In this document: in pieces, positions 44,536-52,302 of the stretch
Numbering within the stretch: position 1 is the first letter of the stretch
Layout: each line of letters starts with the position of its first letter
Assembly (NCBI GenBank): GCA_030612885.1
Contig: JAUWMZ010000004.1
Span: forward strand, 17,631 to 81,630
Direction of reading: 5' to 3'
Source: Candidatus Nealsonbacteria bacterium
Lineage (GTDB): Bacteria > Patescibacteriota > Minisyncoccia > Minisyncoccales > JAGMDC01
Length of the DNA stretch: 64,000 nt
Translations under genes and position numbers: made by a program
Notes under the pieces: generated by a model
Database searches by the model: none
Told to the model about the DNA's origin: nothing
Seen by the model: only the letters and a program-made list of their open reading frames with translations

Positions 44536-44721
44536 ATGGCGACAAAATCTCAAATTGAAAAATCAGAGAAAAAACCTAAGTTTAGTTCCCGAATTGTTCG
44601 GAGATGTTTTAGGTGTGGCAGAAAAAGAGGATATATGAGAAAATTTGGATTGTGTCGGATTTGTTTTCGGGAAATGGCAAACCAGGGCTTGATACCGGGA
44701 GTAAAAAAGTCGTCTTGGTAA
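44536..44721 (+). CDS. rpsN: 30S ribosomal protein S14, type Z (zinc-binding)
   Basis: 61 aa, CFRCGR...CRICFRE, ends KSSW. Confidence 0.95.
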   Translation: MATKSQIEKSEKKPKFSSRIVRRCFRCGRKRGYMRKFGLCRICFREMANQGLIPGVKKSSW

Positions 44722-44849
44722 AAATCCAAATTACAAAATCCAAATGTCAAATCAAATCCAAAATCCAAATGTCAAAAAAAGAGTTTTAGTTATTTGATAT
44801 TTAGTCATTTGACATTGAATTGACATTTGAGCTTTGACATTTGACATTC
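44722..44849. repeat. ~128-nt hairpin spacer, AAATCC/CAAATGTC versus GACATTTG word family; inverted copy of 49431-49556
   Basis: 44722-44780 is the exact reverse complement of 49498-49556 (59 nt); the rest matches apart from one 7-nt unit. Confidence 0.9.
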
Positions 44850-44855
44850 ACAATT

Positions 44856-45245
44856 ATGACTGATCCAATAGCCGATATGTTCAACAGAATAAAAAATGCT
44901 CAAGCCGTATTAAAACCTACGGTGAGTATTCCTTTTTCAAATTTAAAATATGAAATTGCTAAAATTTTAGAGAAAGAAAAATATATCAAAAAAATAGAGA
45001 AAAAGAGAAGAAAGATAGAAAAGACAATAGAAATTTCTCTTAAATATAATAAAAATATTCCGGCTATTGTTGAATTGCGAAGAGTTTCAAAATCAGGACA
45101 GAGAATTTATCTTCCAGTTCAGAAAATCAAGAGAGTAAAAGGAGGATTTGGTTCAGCCATTATTTCTACATCAAAGGGTTTAATGACAAATAGAGAAGCA
45201 AGAAAAAATAAGTTAGGCGGAGAGGTTATTTGCGAAATGTGGTAA
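44856..45245 (+). CDS. rpsH: 30S ribosomal protein S8
   Basis: Start moved to ATG 44856 (MTDPIADMFNRIKNA); the upstream 5 codons in the ORF track lie in the repeat. Confidence 0.95.
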   Translation: MTDPIADMFNRIKNAQAVLKPTVSIPFSNLKYEIAKILEKEKYIKKIEKKRRKIEKTIEISLKYNKNIPAIVELRRVSKSGQRIYLPVQKIKRVKGGFGSAIISTSKGLMTNREARKNKLGGEVICEMW

Positions 45246-45277
45246 TTTCCTTGCTTAAAATTTTAACTATTAAATTT

Positions 45278-45859
45278 ATGAGTCGTATTGGGAAAAAACC
45301 AATTGAAATACCAGAGGGGGTGGAAATAAAAATAGAGGATGGAAAAGTAGTAGTAAAAGGTCCCAAAGGCGAACTTTCTAAGGAAATTCGACCTGAAATT
45401 AGGGTTGAAATAAAAAATGAAGAACTTTATGTTTTTCCTAAAAAAGAAATTCAAGAAAACTCTGTTGTAAAAAAAGATTCAGGAAAGACAAAACAAATAA
45501 GGGCATTTTGGGGTTTAACTAGATCTTTTTTAGCTAATATGATAAAAGGAGTTGTTCAGGGTTATGAAAAGAAACTGGAAATACAAGGTTTAGGGTATAA
45601 AGCTTCTTTAGAAGGAAATGATTTAATATTAAACATCGGTTTTAGCCACCCCAAAAAAATTGAGACGCCAGAAGGCATAAAACTATCAGTAGAGAAAAAT
45701 ATTATTATTATTTCAGGTTTTGATAAAGAATTAGTAGGGAGAGTGGCTGCTGGAATAAGAAAAGTTAGGCCGCCAGAGCCGTATAAAGGAAAGGGAATCA
45801 GATATGTTGGTGAAGTTGTTAGAAAGAAAGTAGGAAAAAAGGCAGCAACCGCCGAGTAA
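45278..45859 (+). CDS. rplF: 50S ribosomal protein L6
   Basis: Start moved to ATG 45278 (MSRIGKKPIEIPEGV); PEPYKGKGIRY. Confidence 0.95.
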   Translation: MSRIGKKPIEIPEGVEIKIEDGKVVVKGPKGELSKEIRPEIRVEIKNEELYVFPKKEIQENSVVKKDSGKTKQIRAFWGLTRSFLANMIKGVVQGYEKKLEIQGLGYKASLEGNDLILNIGFSHPKKIETPEGIKLSVEKNIIIISGFDKELVGRVAAGIRKVRPPEPYKGKGIRYVGEVVRKKVGKKAATAE

Positions 45860-45861
45860 GT

Positions 45862-46034
45862 CGCTCGGGAATATAGTTTTTAGAAAATTTGCTCGGCAAC
45901 AAAGTTTCAAAGTACCGACCCTCAAAATCCCAGCGAGATTTTGGGGTCTAAGTTCTCAACGGCTGGCTTCTCGCTTCACTCGGAGACCATGCCCAGCCGC
46001 CTCCGAAGTTTACTTTGAAACTTATTGCCTCGCT
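45862..46034. mobile_element. GC-rich multi-stem repeat element, divergent copy C (same termini, different interior)
   Basis: Termini cgctcggg... and ...ttgcctcgct; stems aagtttcaaagta/tactttgaaactt, gaccctcaaaatc/gattttggggtc, ggctgg/cccagcc. Confidence 0.65.
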
Positions 46035-46081
46035 TAATTTTATTTGTAATTCGTTTTCATTCGTAAGAATATTAAAATACA

Positions 46082-46474
46082 ATGTTAAAGAAACAAGAAA
46101 AACGTGTAAGGCGCCATAAGAGAGTAAGAGCGAAAATATTTGGGACTGGTAGCATTCCTCGACTTTGTGTTTTTAGGTCAAACAAACATATTTATGTGCA
46201 GGTGATTGACGATGATAAAGGAAAAACTTTAGTTACGGCGAGCGATCAGGAGATAAAAAAGTTAAAAATTAAAAGTTCAAAGTTGAAAGAGAAAGAAGAA
46301 GAGAAAATAAGAACAGGTAAAATTGAGGTTGCTTATGAGATTGGGAAGTTAATTGCTGAAAAAGCCCTGAAAAATAAAATTAAAAAAGTTGTCTTTGACA
46401 GAGGAGGATACCGATACCATGGGAGAGTTAAAGCGCTTGCAGAAGGGGCGAGGGAAGCTGGATTAGTGTTTTAA
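46082..46474 (+). CDS. rplR: 50S ribosomal protein L18
   Basis: [59 protein letters not shown]. Confidence 0.95.
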   Translation: MLKKQEKRVRRHKRVRAKIFGTGSIPRLCVFRSNKHIYVQVIDDDKGKTLVTASDQEIKKLKIKSSKLKEKEEEKIRTGKIEVAYEIGKLIAEKALKNKIKKVVFDRGGYRYHGRVKALAEGAREAGLVF

Positions 46475-46508
46475 ACCAGTTTAAAATTTTCAATCGTAAA
46501 TTAGTATT

Positions 46509-47003
46509 ATGTTTAAACAAAGAGAAAAACCAAAAGATGAGTTTGAATCCAAGTTGTTAGATTTAACTCGAGTAAGCAGGATGACATCCGGTGGACGTCG
46601 GCTTCGGTTCCGAGCCCTTATAGTGGTTGGTAACAAAAAAGGAAAAGTTGGAATAGGAGTTGCTAAAGGTAAAGATGTGGCTCAATCTATTGAAAAAGCC
46701 ACTCGTTTAGCAAAGAAAAATTTAATTGAGGTTCCAATTGAAGACGGAACTATTTTTTATGAAGTTGTGTCTAAGTTTGGAGCAGCTAAAGTTTTACTTA
46801 GACCTCAAAGAAAAACAAGAGGATTGGTTGCTGGCGGCACTGTTCGGGTAATTTGCGATTTAGCTGGAATTAAAAATATTTCTTCAAAGATTCTCGGAAG
46901 GACGGGAAATAAGTTAAATAACGCTAAAGCAACAATTGAAGCATTAGAGAAATTAAAAACTAAAAGCAAACATGCAATTACACCAACTACATCCAAAGCA
47001 TAA
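46509..47003 (+). CDS. rpsE: 30S ribosomal protein S5
   Basis: RVSRMTSGGRRLRFRALIVVGNKKGKVGIGVAKGKDV. Confidence 0.95.
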   Translation: MFKQREKPKDEFESKLLDLTRVSRMTSGGRRLRFRALIVVGNKKGKVGIGVAKGKDVAQSIEKATRLAKKNLIEVPIEDGTIFYEVVSKFGAAKVLLRPQRKTRGLVAGGTVRVICDLAGIKNISSKILGRTGNKLNNAKATIEALEKLKTKSKHAITPTTSKA

Positions 47004-47400
47004 ATCAAAAAGGAAAAAAAGAATTGGCCGTGGTGGTAAACGCGGTACTTATTCTGGTCGTGGAGTAAAGGGGCAAAAATCGCGTTCTGGAAGAAAGTTA
47101 GAGCCGATTATCCGAGGATTAATTAAAAGATATCCTAAGTTAAGAGGATATAAGTTTAAGGAATGGAAAACCAGGCCAGCTGTGGTTAATGTTGGCAGTT
47201 TAAAGAAATTTAAAACTGGAGAAAAAATTAATCCATCTGCCTTGCTTGAAAAGAAAATAATTCCTAAAATAAAAGGAAGAATGCCAAAAGTAAAAATTTT
47301 AGGGAAAGGGAAACTGACAAAAGCCTTAACTATAGAGGGTTGTGAAGTTTCCAAAAGCGCCACAGAAAAAATTGAGAAAGCTGGCGGCAGAATTGTATAA
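46972..47400 (+). CDS. rplO: 50S ribosomal protein L15
   Basis: KRIGRGGKRGTYSGRGVKGQKSRSG; overlaps the rpsE 3' end, so there is no room for rpmD (L30). Confidence 0.94.
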   Translation: MQLHQLHPKHKSKRKKRIGRGGKRGTYSGRGVKGQKSRSGRKLEPIIRGLIKRYPKLRGYKFKEWKTRPAVVNVGSLKKFKTGEKINPSALLEKKIIPKIKGRMPKVKILGKGKLTKALTIEGCEVSKSATEKIEKAGGRIV

Positions 47401-47408
47401 CATACAAT

Positions 47409-48710
47409 ATGAATTGGCTCAACAAAATAATCCAAATATTTAAAATAAAAGATTTGCGCAAAAAGATAATTTTTGTCTTGTTCATTTTTGCTGTTTTTCG
47501 ATTGATGGCGAATATCCCAATTCCGGGAGTAAATCTTGAAAATTTAAGAATGTTTTTTGCCAGCAATGAAAGTTTAAGTTTATTAAACTTGTTTACCGGC
47601 GGCGCATTGGAAAGATCTTCTATAGTAATGCTTGGGTTAGGGCCTTATATTACCGCTGTTATTATTCTTCAGCTTTTAACAATGATTTTTCCCCAATTGG
47701 AAAGAATGTACAAAGAAGAAGGAGAACAGGGCAGGCAAAAATTTAATCAGTTTGGAAGAATGTTAACTGTTCCTTTGGCGGCTATGCAAGGATTTGCAAT
47801 GTTGACCTTGCTTCAACGCCAGAGTCCGCCTGTAGTTGAATTTTCTTCTCCTGTTATGCTTTTTGCCGCTATTTTAAGCATTACTGCCGGAGCAGTATTT
47901 TTGATGTGGTTAGGAGAATTGATTACTGAAAAAGGAATTGGCAATGGCGTTTCTCTTTTAATTTTTGCTGGCATTATTGCTGCTTTTCCAATGTCTATTT
48001 ATCAAAGTTATTTTGACATTGAATCAAGTCCTGAAAAAACCTTTGCCTACCTTTTTTTCTTTATCTTAGCTTTAGTTATAATTTTCGGCGTTGTCTTAGT
48101 TAATGAAGCAAGAAGAAATATCCCTGTCTCTTACGCTAAGAGAGTAAGAGGAATGAAAATGTATGGCGGCGTTTCTACTTATTTACCTTTAAATCTTAAT
48201 CCGGCCGGGGTTATTCCTATTATTTTTGCTCTTTCTATTATGCTTTTTCCAGGAATGATTGCCAGCTTCTTGGGAGGAGCTGGGGGAGTTGTTGGCAGTA
48301 TTGCTCAAGCTGTTGGAGGTTTTTTTGACCCTCAAAGAAATCTTCTGGGCTATGGGATTTTCTATTTTCTTTTAGTGGTTCTATTTACCTTTTTCTATAC
48401 AGCAGTAACTTTTGACCCTAAGGCAATCTCTACTAATTTACAAAAAATGGGCGGGTTTGTGCCTGGTATTAGGCCAGGTTCTTCCACTGCTATCTTTTTG
48501 AAATATATTTTAAATAGGATCCTGCTCTTCGGAGCTTTATTTTTAGGAACAATTGCCGTAATGCCTTTTATGGTTAGCGCTATTACTAGTATTCAGACAT
48601 TTACTTTCTTAATAGGAGGAACATCTTTATTGATTATAGTGGCAGTAGTTTTAGAAACAGTAAAACAAATTAAAGCCCAGTTGCAGATGAGGGACTATGA
48701 TACGTTTTAA
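47409..48710 (+). CDS. secY: preprotein translocase subunit SecY
   Basis: 10-TM protein; MLGLGPYITAVIILQLL, GELITEKGIGNGVSLLIF. Confidence 0.96.
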   Translation: MNWLNKIIQIFKIKDLRKKIIFVLFIFAVFRLMANIPIPGVNLENLRMFFASNESLSLLNLFTGGALERSSIVMLGLGPYITAVIILQLLTMIFPQLERMYKEEGEQGRQKFNQFGRMLTVPLAAMQGFAMLTLLQRQSPPVVEFSSPVMLFAAILSITAGAVFLMWLGELITEKGIGNGVSLLIFAGIIAAFPMSIYQSYFDIESSPEKTFAYLFFFILALVIIFGVVLVNEARRNIPVSYAKRVRGMKMYGGVSTYLPLNLNPAGVIPIIFALSIMLFPGMIASFLGGAGGVVGSIAQAVGGFFDPQRNLLGYGIFYFLLVVLFTFFYTAVTFDPKAISTNLQKMGGFVPGIRPGSSTAIFLKYILNRILLFGALFLGTIAVMPFMVSAITSIQTFTFLIGGTSLLIIVAVVLETVKQIKAQLQMRDYDTF

Positions 48711-48783
48711 TGTCATTTTAACATTTTTTTAATTTATTTTTTGTTAATATGTTAACATATTAGTATATTAAGATGATTTTTTT
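48711..48783 (+). repeat. spacer of the TTAACAT/ATGTTAA word family
   Basis: tgtcattttaacattttttt...ttgttaatatgttaacatattagtat. Confidence 0.6.
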
Positions 48784-49482
48784 ATGAACAAGCCATTGAA
48801 TTTTACTTTCATAGGGAGATCTGGTTCAGGAAAAGGAACCCAGGCAAAACTTTTAATAAAGCACTTTGGAAATCTATTATATGTTTCCACTGGTGATTTA
48901 TTTAGAGATTTATCTAAAGCCAATACAGATACAAGCATAAGAGTTCAAAAAATAATAGAAGAAGGAGGTTTGCCGTTTGATGATTTAGCAGCTGCTTTAT
49001 GGATGCATAAACTTGCTTATAATCTTAAAGAAAATGAAGGATTTATTCTTGATGGCGCTCCTCGCAGAGTAAATGAAGCTCAAACATTAGACAGATATTT
49101 AGATTTTTTAGAAAGAAAAGAAACCTGTTTTAATTTGTTAATTGATATTTCCAGGCAGGAAGCATTTGACCGTTTATCAAAAAGACGAATTTGTAAGAAC
49201 TGTGGTCGTTTAATTCCTTGGGTTGGTGAGTTTAAAAAAATAAAAGTTTGCGACAAATGCGGAGGAGAATTAATTACTCGTGCTGATGATACGTCGGAAG
49301 CAATAAATAATAGATTAGATTATTACGAAGAGAGAGTAGCTCCAACTGTAAAATATTATGAAGAGCAAGACAGGTTGATAAAAATTAATGGCGAGCAATC
49401 TATAGAAGATGTTTTTAAAGAGATTCTAGAAAATGTCAAATGTCAAAGCTCAAATGTCAATTCAATGTCAAACGTCAAATGA
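48784..49482 (+). CDS. adk: adenylate kinase (zinc-lid type) with repeat-derived C-terminal tail
   Basis: GRSGSGKGTQAKLL, LDGAPRRVNEAQ, CKNCGR...CDKCGG; last ~17 codons (ENVKCQSSNVNSMSNVK) are encoded by the 49431-49556 repeat. Confidence 0.93.
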   Translation: MNKPLNFTFIGRSGSGKGTQAKLLIKHFGNLLYVSTGDLFRDLSKANTDTSIRVQKIIEEGGLPFDDLAAALWMHKLAYNLKENEGFILDGAPRRVNEAQTLDRYLDFLERKETCFNLLIDISRQEAFDRLSKRRICKNCGRLIPWVGEFKKIKVCDKCGGELITRADDTSEAINNRLDYYEERVAPTVKYYEEQDRLIKINGEQSIEDVFKEILENVKCQSSNVNSMSNVK

Positions 49483-49556
49483 CTAAATGTCAAATTATTT
49501 TTTTGACATTTGGATTTTGGATTTGATTTGACATTTGGATTTTGTAATTTGGATTT
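49431..49556. repeat. ~126-nt hairpin spacer, inverted copy of 44722-44849
   Basis: See 44722-44849; overlaps the adk 3' end and generates the spurious MDFGFDLTFGFCNLD N-terminus of the map ORF. Confidence 0.9.
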
Positions 49557-49563
49557 ATTAGCG

Positions 49564-50328
49564 ATGATTTTTATTAAAACTCCAGAGGAGATTAAAATAA
49601 TGGCTGAAGCAGGTAAAATCCTGGCAAAGATTATGAAACAGTTAATGGGGATGGTGGAGCCGGGAATTACCACTAAAGAACTCAATATGGCTGCAGAAAG
49701 CCATATTTTTAAGTTCGGAGCAGAACCGGGGTTTAAGGGTCCTATTTCTAAAGGTTACGGTGGTTTTCCAACTGCTTTATGTTCTTCGGTCAATCAGGTA
49801 ATCGTTCATGGAGTCCCTTCAAGTTATAAATTGAAACAAGGAGATATTTTGTCTTTGGATTTAGGATTAAGATGGAAAGGATATTTTGCTGATATGGCAG
49901 TAACAGTACCAGTAGGAGAGATTTCTCCAGAAGCTCAAAGATTGATTAAAGTAACAAAAAAAGCTTTGAAAAGAGGAATTAAAAAAGTTAGACCAGGAAA
50001 TACATTTGGTGATATTGGAAATACAATTCAAAGATATGTTGAATCACAAGGGTTTAATGTTGTGCGCGAGCTTTGCGGACACGGCATTGGCAAGGGATTA
50101 CATGAAGATCCGCAAATCTTGAATTACGGCAAACGCCATACCGGTCCAAAAATTAAGCCGAGTATGGTTTTTTGCTTAGAACCAATGGTGACAACAGGGG
50201 ATTGGCGTATAAAAAAATCCAAAGATGATAACGGTTTTGAGACCACTGACGGCTCCTTATCTGCGCATTTTGAACACCAAATGGCTGTCACTGAAACCGG
50301 AGTTAAGGTGTTGACAGAATTGGAATAA
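49564..50328 (+). CDS. map: methionine aminopeptidase, type I
   Basis: Start moved to ATG 49564 (MIFIKTPEEIKIM); VHGVPS, DMAVTVPVG, GHGIGKGLHEDP, LEPM. Confidence 0.94.
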   Translation: MIFIKTPEEIKIMAEAGKILAKIMKQLMGMVEPGITTKELNMAAESHIFKFGAEPGFKGPISKGYGGFPTALCSSVNQVIVHGVPSSYKLKQGDILSLDLGLRWKGYFADMAVTVPVGEISPEAQRLIKVTKKALKRGIKKVRPGNTFGDIGNTIQRYVESQGFNVVRELCGHGIGKGLHEDPQILNYGKRHTGPKIKPSMVFCLEPMVTTGDWRIKKSKDDNGFETTDGSLSAHFEHQMAVTETGVKVLTELE

Positions 50329-50380
50329 TGAGTAATATCAAAATATTTTTAGGACAAATAAATCTCCCAAATTTTAAATG

Positions 50381-50417
50381 GGGTAAAAGCGCATTCGCTT
50401 GAGCCCTTTATTTTTTT
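50381..50417 (+). terminator. intrinsic terminator after map
   Basis: ggg...aagcg-catt-cgctt...ccc stem followed by tttattttttt. Confidence 0.6.
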
Positions 50418-50436
50418 GAGCGAAGCGAGAAAAATC

Positions 50437-50466
50437 AAGGTTCTTGAGCAAAGCGAAAGGTTCTTA
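50437..50466. repeat. inverted relative of the 25293-25354 unit
   Basis: caaggttcttgagcaaagcgaaaggttctta versus reverse complement of the 25293 unit caaggttctgcaaagcaggttctt. Confidence 0.55.
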
Positions 50467-50528
50467 ATTTATTCCAAAAATTGTGCTATACTAAAAAAAG
50501 TTATAAGTTTCAAGTTTTAAAATTTATT

Positions 50529-50915
50529 ATGGCATTACCAAAATTCTTACAACCATTTTTGCCGTCTTATGATATTTCTAAGATGGATTTAGATGATCTT
50601 TATGATAAAAAATTAATCATAGAGGCGGTTTTAAATCAGGGAACAACAAAAGAAATAAAATGGCTATTTGTGACTTATAGTACTCGGGAGATTAAAAATG
50701 TTTTAAAAAATCCAAGCCGTGGTTGCTGGAATCCAAGAGTGCTTAATTTTTGGACAAAATTTTTTAGAATTAAAATTAACCCGATTATTTATGAAATAGC
50801 TATTTTAGACTTAAATCCTAATCCGAAAAAAAGAGAAAGATGGTTTAAGTTTATTAGAAAGAATGCCTCAAAAGAAACTTTAAAAAGATGGCAGGAATTA
50901 GGTATCTTAAGATAA
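50529..50915 (+). CDS. hypothetical protein, putative cognate antitoxin of the downstream AbiEii-like NTase
   Basis: Start moved to ATG 50529 (MALPKFLQPFLPSYD); 3-nt gap to the AbiEii-like gene; no domain recognised with confidence. Confidence 0.4.
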   Translation: MALPKFLQPFLPSYDISKMDLDDLYDKKLIIEAVLNQGTTKEIKWLFVTYSTREIKNVLKNPSRGCWNPRVLNFWTKFFRIKINPIIYEIAILDLNPNPKKRERWFKFIRKNASKETLKRWQELGILR

Positions 50916-50918
50916 TCT

Positions 50919-51566
50919 ATGAAAGAATTTATTCTTAATTGGAATCAAAAAAAGATATTAAAAAATATTTCTTTTTTAAAAAAAGATAAATTTTATCTTG
51001 CCGGAGGTACGGCATTGGCTTTACATTTTGGCCATCGAACTTCTCACGATTTAGATTTTTATACACCAAAACATTTCAGCTCTCAAACTATTTATAAAAG
51101 ATTCCAAAAAATATTTGAAAAAGAAAAAATATCTGATCCAGACATTTTAGAAGATACTTTAAAATTTAAATTAAATATTACCGATATTTCTTTTTTTAGA
51201 TATCCCTATGACTTAATTCAACCCTTAATTTCTTATCAGTCGGTTAACCTAGTCAGTCCTGAGGATATTATAGCCATGAAAATGGAGGCAATAATCGGTA
51301 GAGGATTAAAAAGAGATTTTGTTGATATTTATTTTGCTCTAGAAAAATATGGCATAAAGAAAATATTAAATTTTTATAAAAAGAAATATCCTGAGATTTT
51401 TAATGAATATAATTGTCTTACTAGTTTAACTTATTTTGAAGATGCTGAAAAAAAAGAACAAGGAAGAAAAAGAATTTATCTTTACGATAATGTTGAATGG
51501 AAAAATATAAAAGAATATATTGAGAGAGAAATTAAGAAATATCAATTAAACCAGATTAAAAAATAA
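50919..51566 (+). CDS. AbiEii/AbiGii-family nucleotidyltransferase toxin-like protein
   Basis: FYLAGGTALALHFGHRTSHDLDFYT and EDIIAMKMEAIIGRGLKRDFVDIYF are typical of the DUF1814/AbiEii NTase fold. Confidence 0.7.
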   Translation: MKEFILNWNQKKILKNISFLKKDKFYLAGGTALALHFGHRTSHDLDFYTPKHFSSQTIYKRFQKIFEKEKISDPDILEDTLKFKLNITDISFFRYPYDLIQPLISYQSVNLVSPEDIIAMKMEAIIGRGLKRDFVDIYFALEKYGIKKILNFYKKKYPEIFNEYNCLTSLTYFEDAEKKEQGRKRIYLYDNVEWKNIKEYIEREIKKYQLNQIKK

Positions 51567-51567
51567 T

Positions 51568-52302
51568 ATGGAAAATCAAGACACCTATCTATCAGTTATC
51601 ATTCCTGCTTATAAAGAAGGAAAAAGGATTGTAAAAACATTAAAAGAAATTGACAAGTATTTATCAAAACAGGCATATGCTTATGAAATTATTGTAGTTA
51701 ATGACGGTTCGCCTGACAAAACTGCTGAGGTTGTAAGAAAAGTAATTCCTGAAATTAAGAATTTGCGGATGATTGATAATAAAGAAAATCACGGCAAGGG
51801 ATACGTAGTTAGACAGGGATTAATAGAGTCAAAAGGAAAATACAGAATTTTTACTGATGCTGATAATTCCACCTCAATTGACCAGATAGAAAAGATGTGG
51901 CCAGAATTTCAAAATGGTTGTGAAGTAGTGATTGGTTCGCGGGATATTAAAGGAGCGGTCATAGCTGTTCCACAGTCCTGGTGGCGGATAACACTTGGTA
52001 ATATCTTTAATTTAATTGTTCAGATTATTTCCGGACTTTTTGGAATATGGGATACTCAATGCGGTTTTAAGGGTTTTACTAAAAAAGCAGTTCAAGATAT
52101 TTTTCCGAGATGTAAAATCAATCGTTTTGCTTTTGATGTGGAAGTATTGGTTTTAGCTAAAAAGCTTGGTTATAAAATAAAAGAAATTCCAGTGGTTTGG
52201 ATAAATGATCAAGCAAGCACAGTAGGATTTAAGTCAATGGTAAAAATGTTGATTGAAGTATTTCAAATTAGATGGAATTTGATTAGACATAAATATGTTT
52301 AA
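51568..52302 (+). CDS. family 2 glycosyltransferase (dolichyl/polyprenyl-phosphate glycosyltransferase-like)
   Basis: LSVIIPAYKE, VVNDGSPDKT, DADNS. Confidence 0.85.
   Translation: MENQDTYLSVIIPAYKEGKRIVKTLKEIDKYLSKQAYAYEIIVVNDGSPDKTAEVVRKVIPEIKNLRMIDNKENHGKGYVVRQGLIESKGKYRIFTDADNSTSIDQIEKMWPEFQNGCEVVIGSRDIKGAVIAVPQSWWRITLGNIFNLIVQIISGLFGIWDTQCGFKGFTKKAVQDIFPRCKINRFAFDVEVLVLAKKLGYKIKEIPVVWINDQASTVGFKSMVKMLIEVFQIRWNLIRHKYV

Noticed and set aside
44550-44768. ORF MDFGFDLTFGFCNLD... (minus strand), and the identical N-terminus on the 49510 ORF
   Set aside because: Both are translations of the same inverted-repeat spacer. The first is antisense to rpsN. In the second, the conserved Map sequence starts at the internal ATG 49564.
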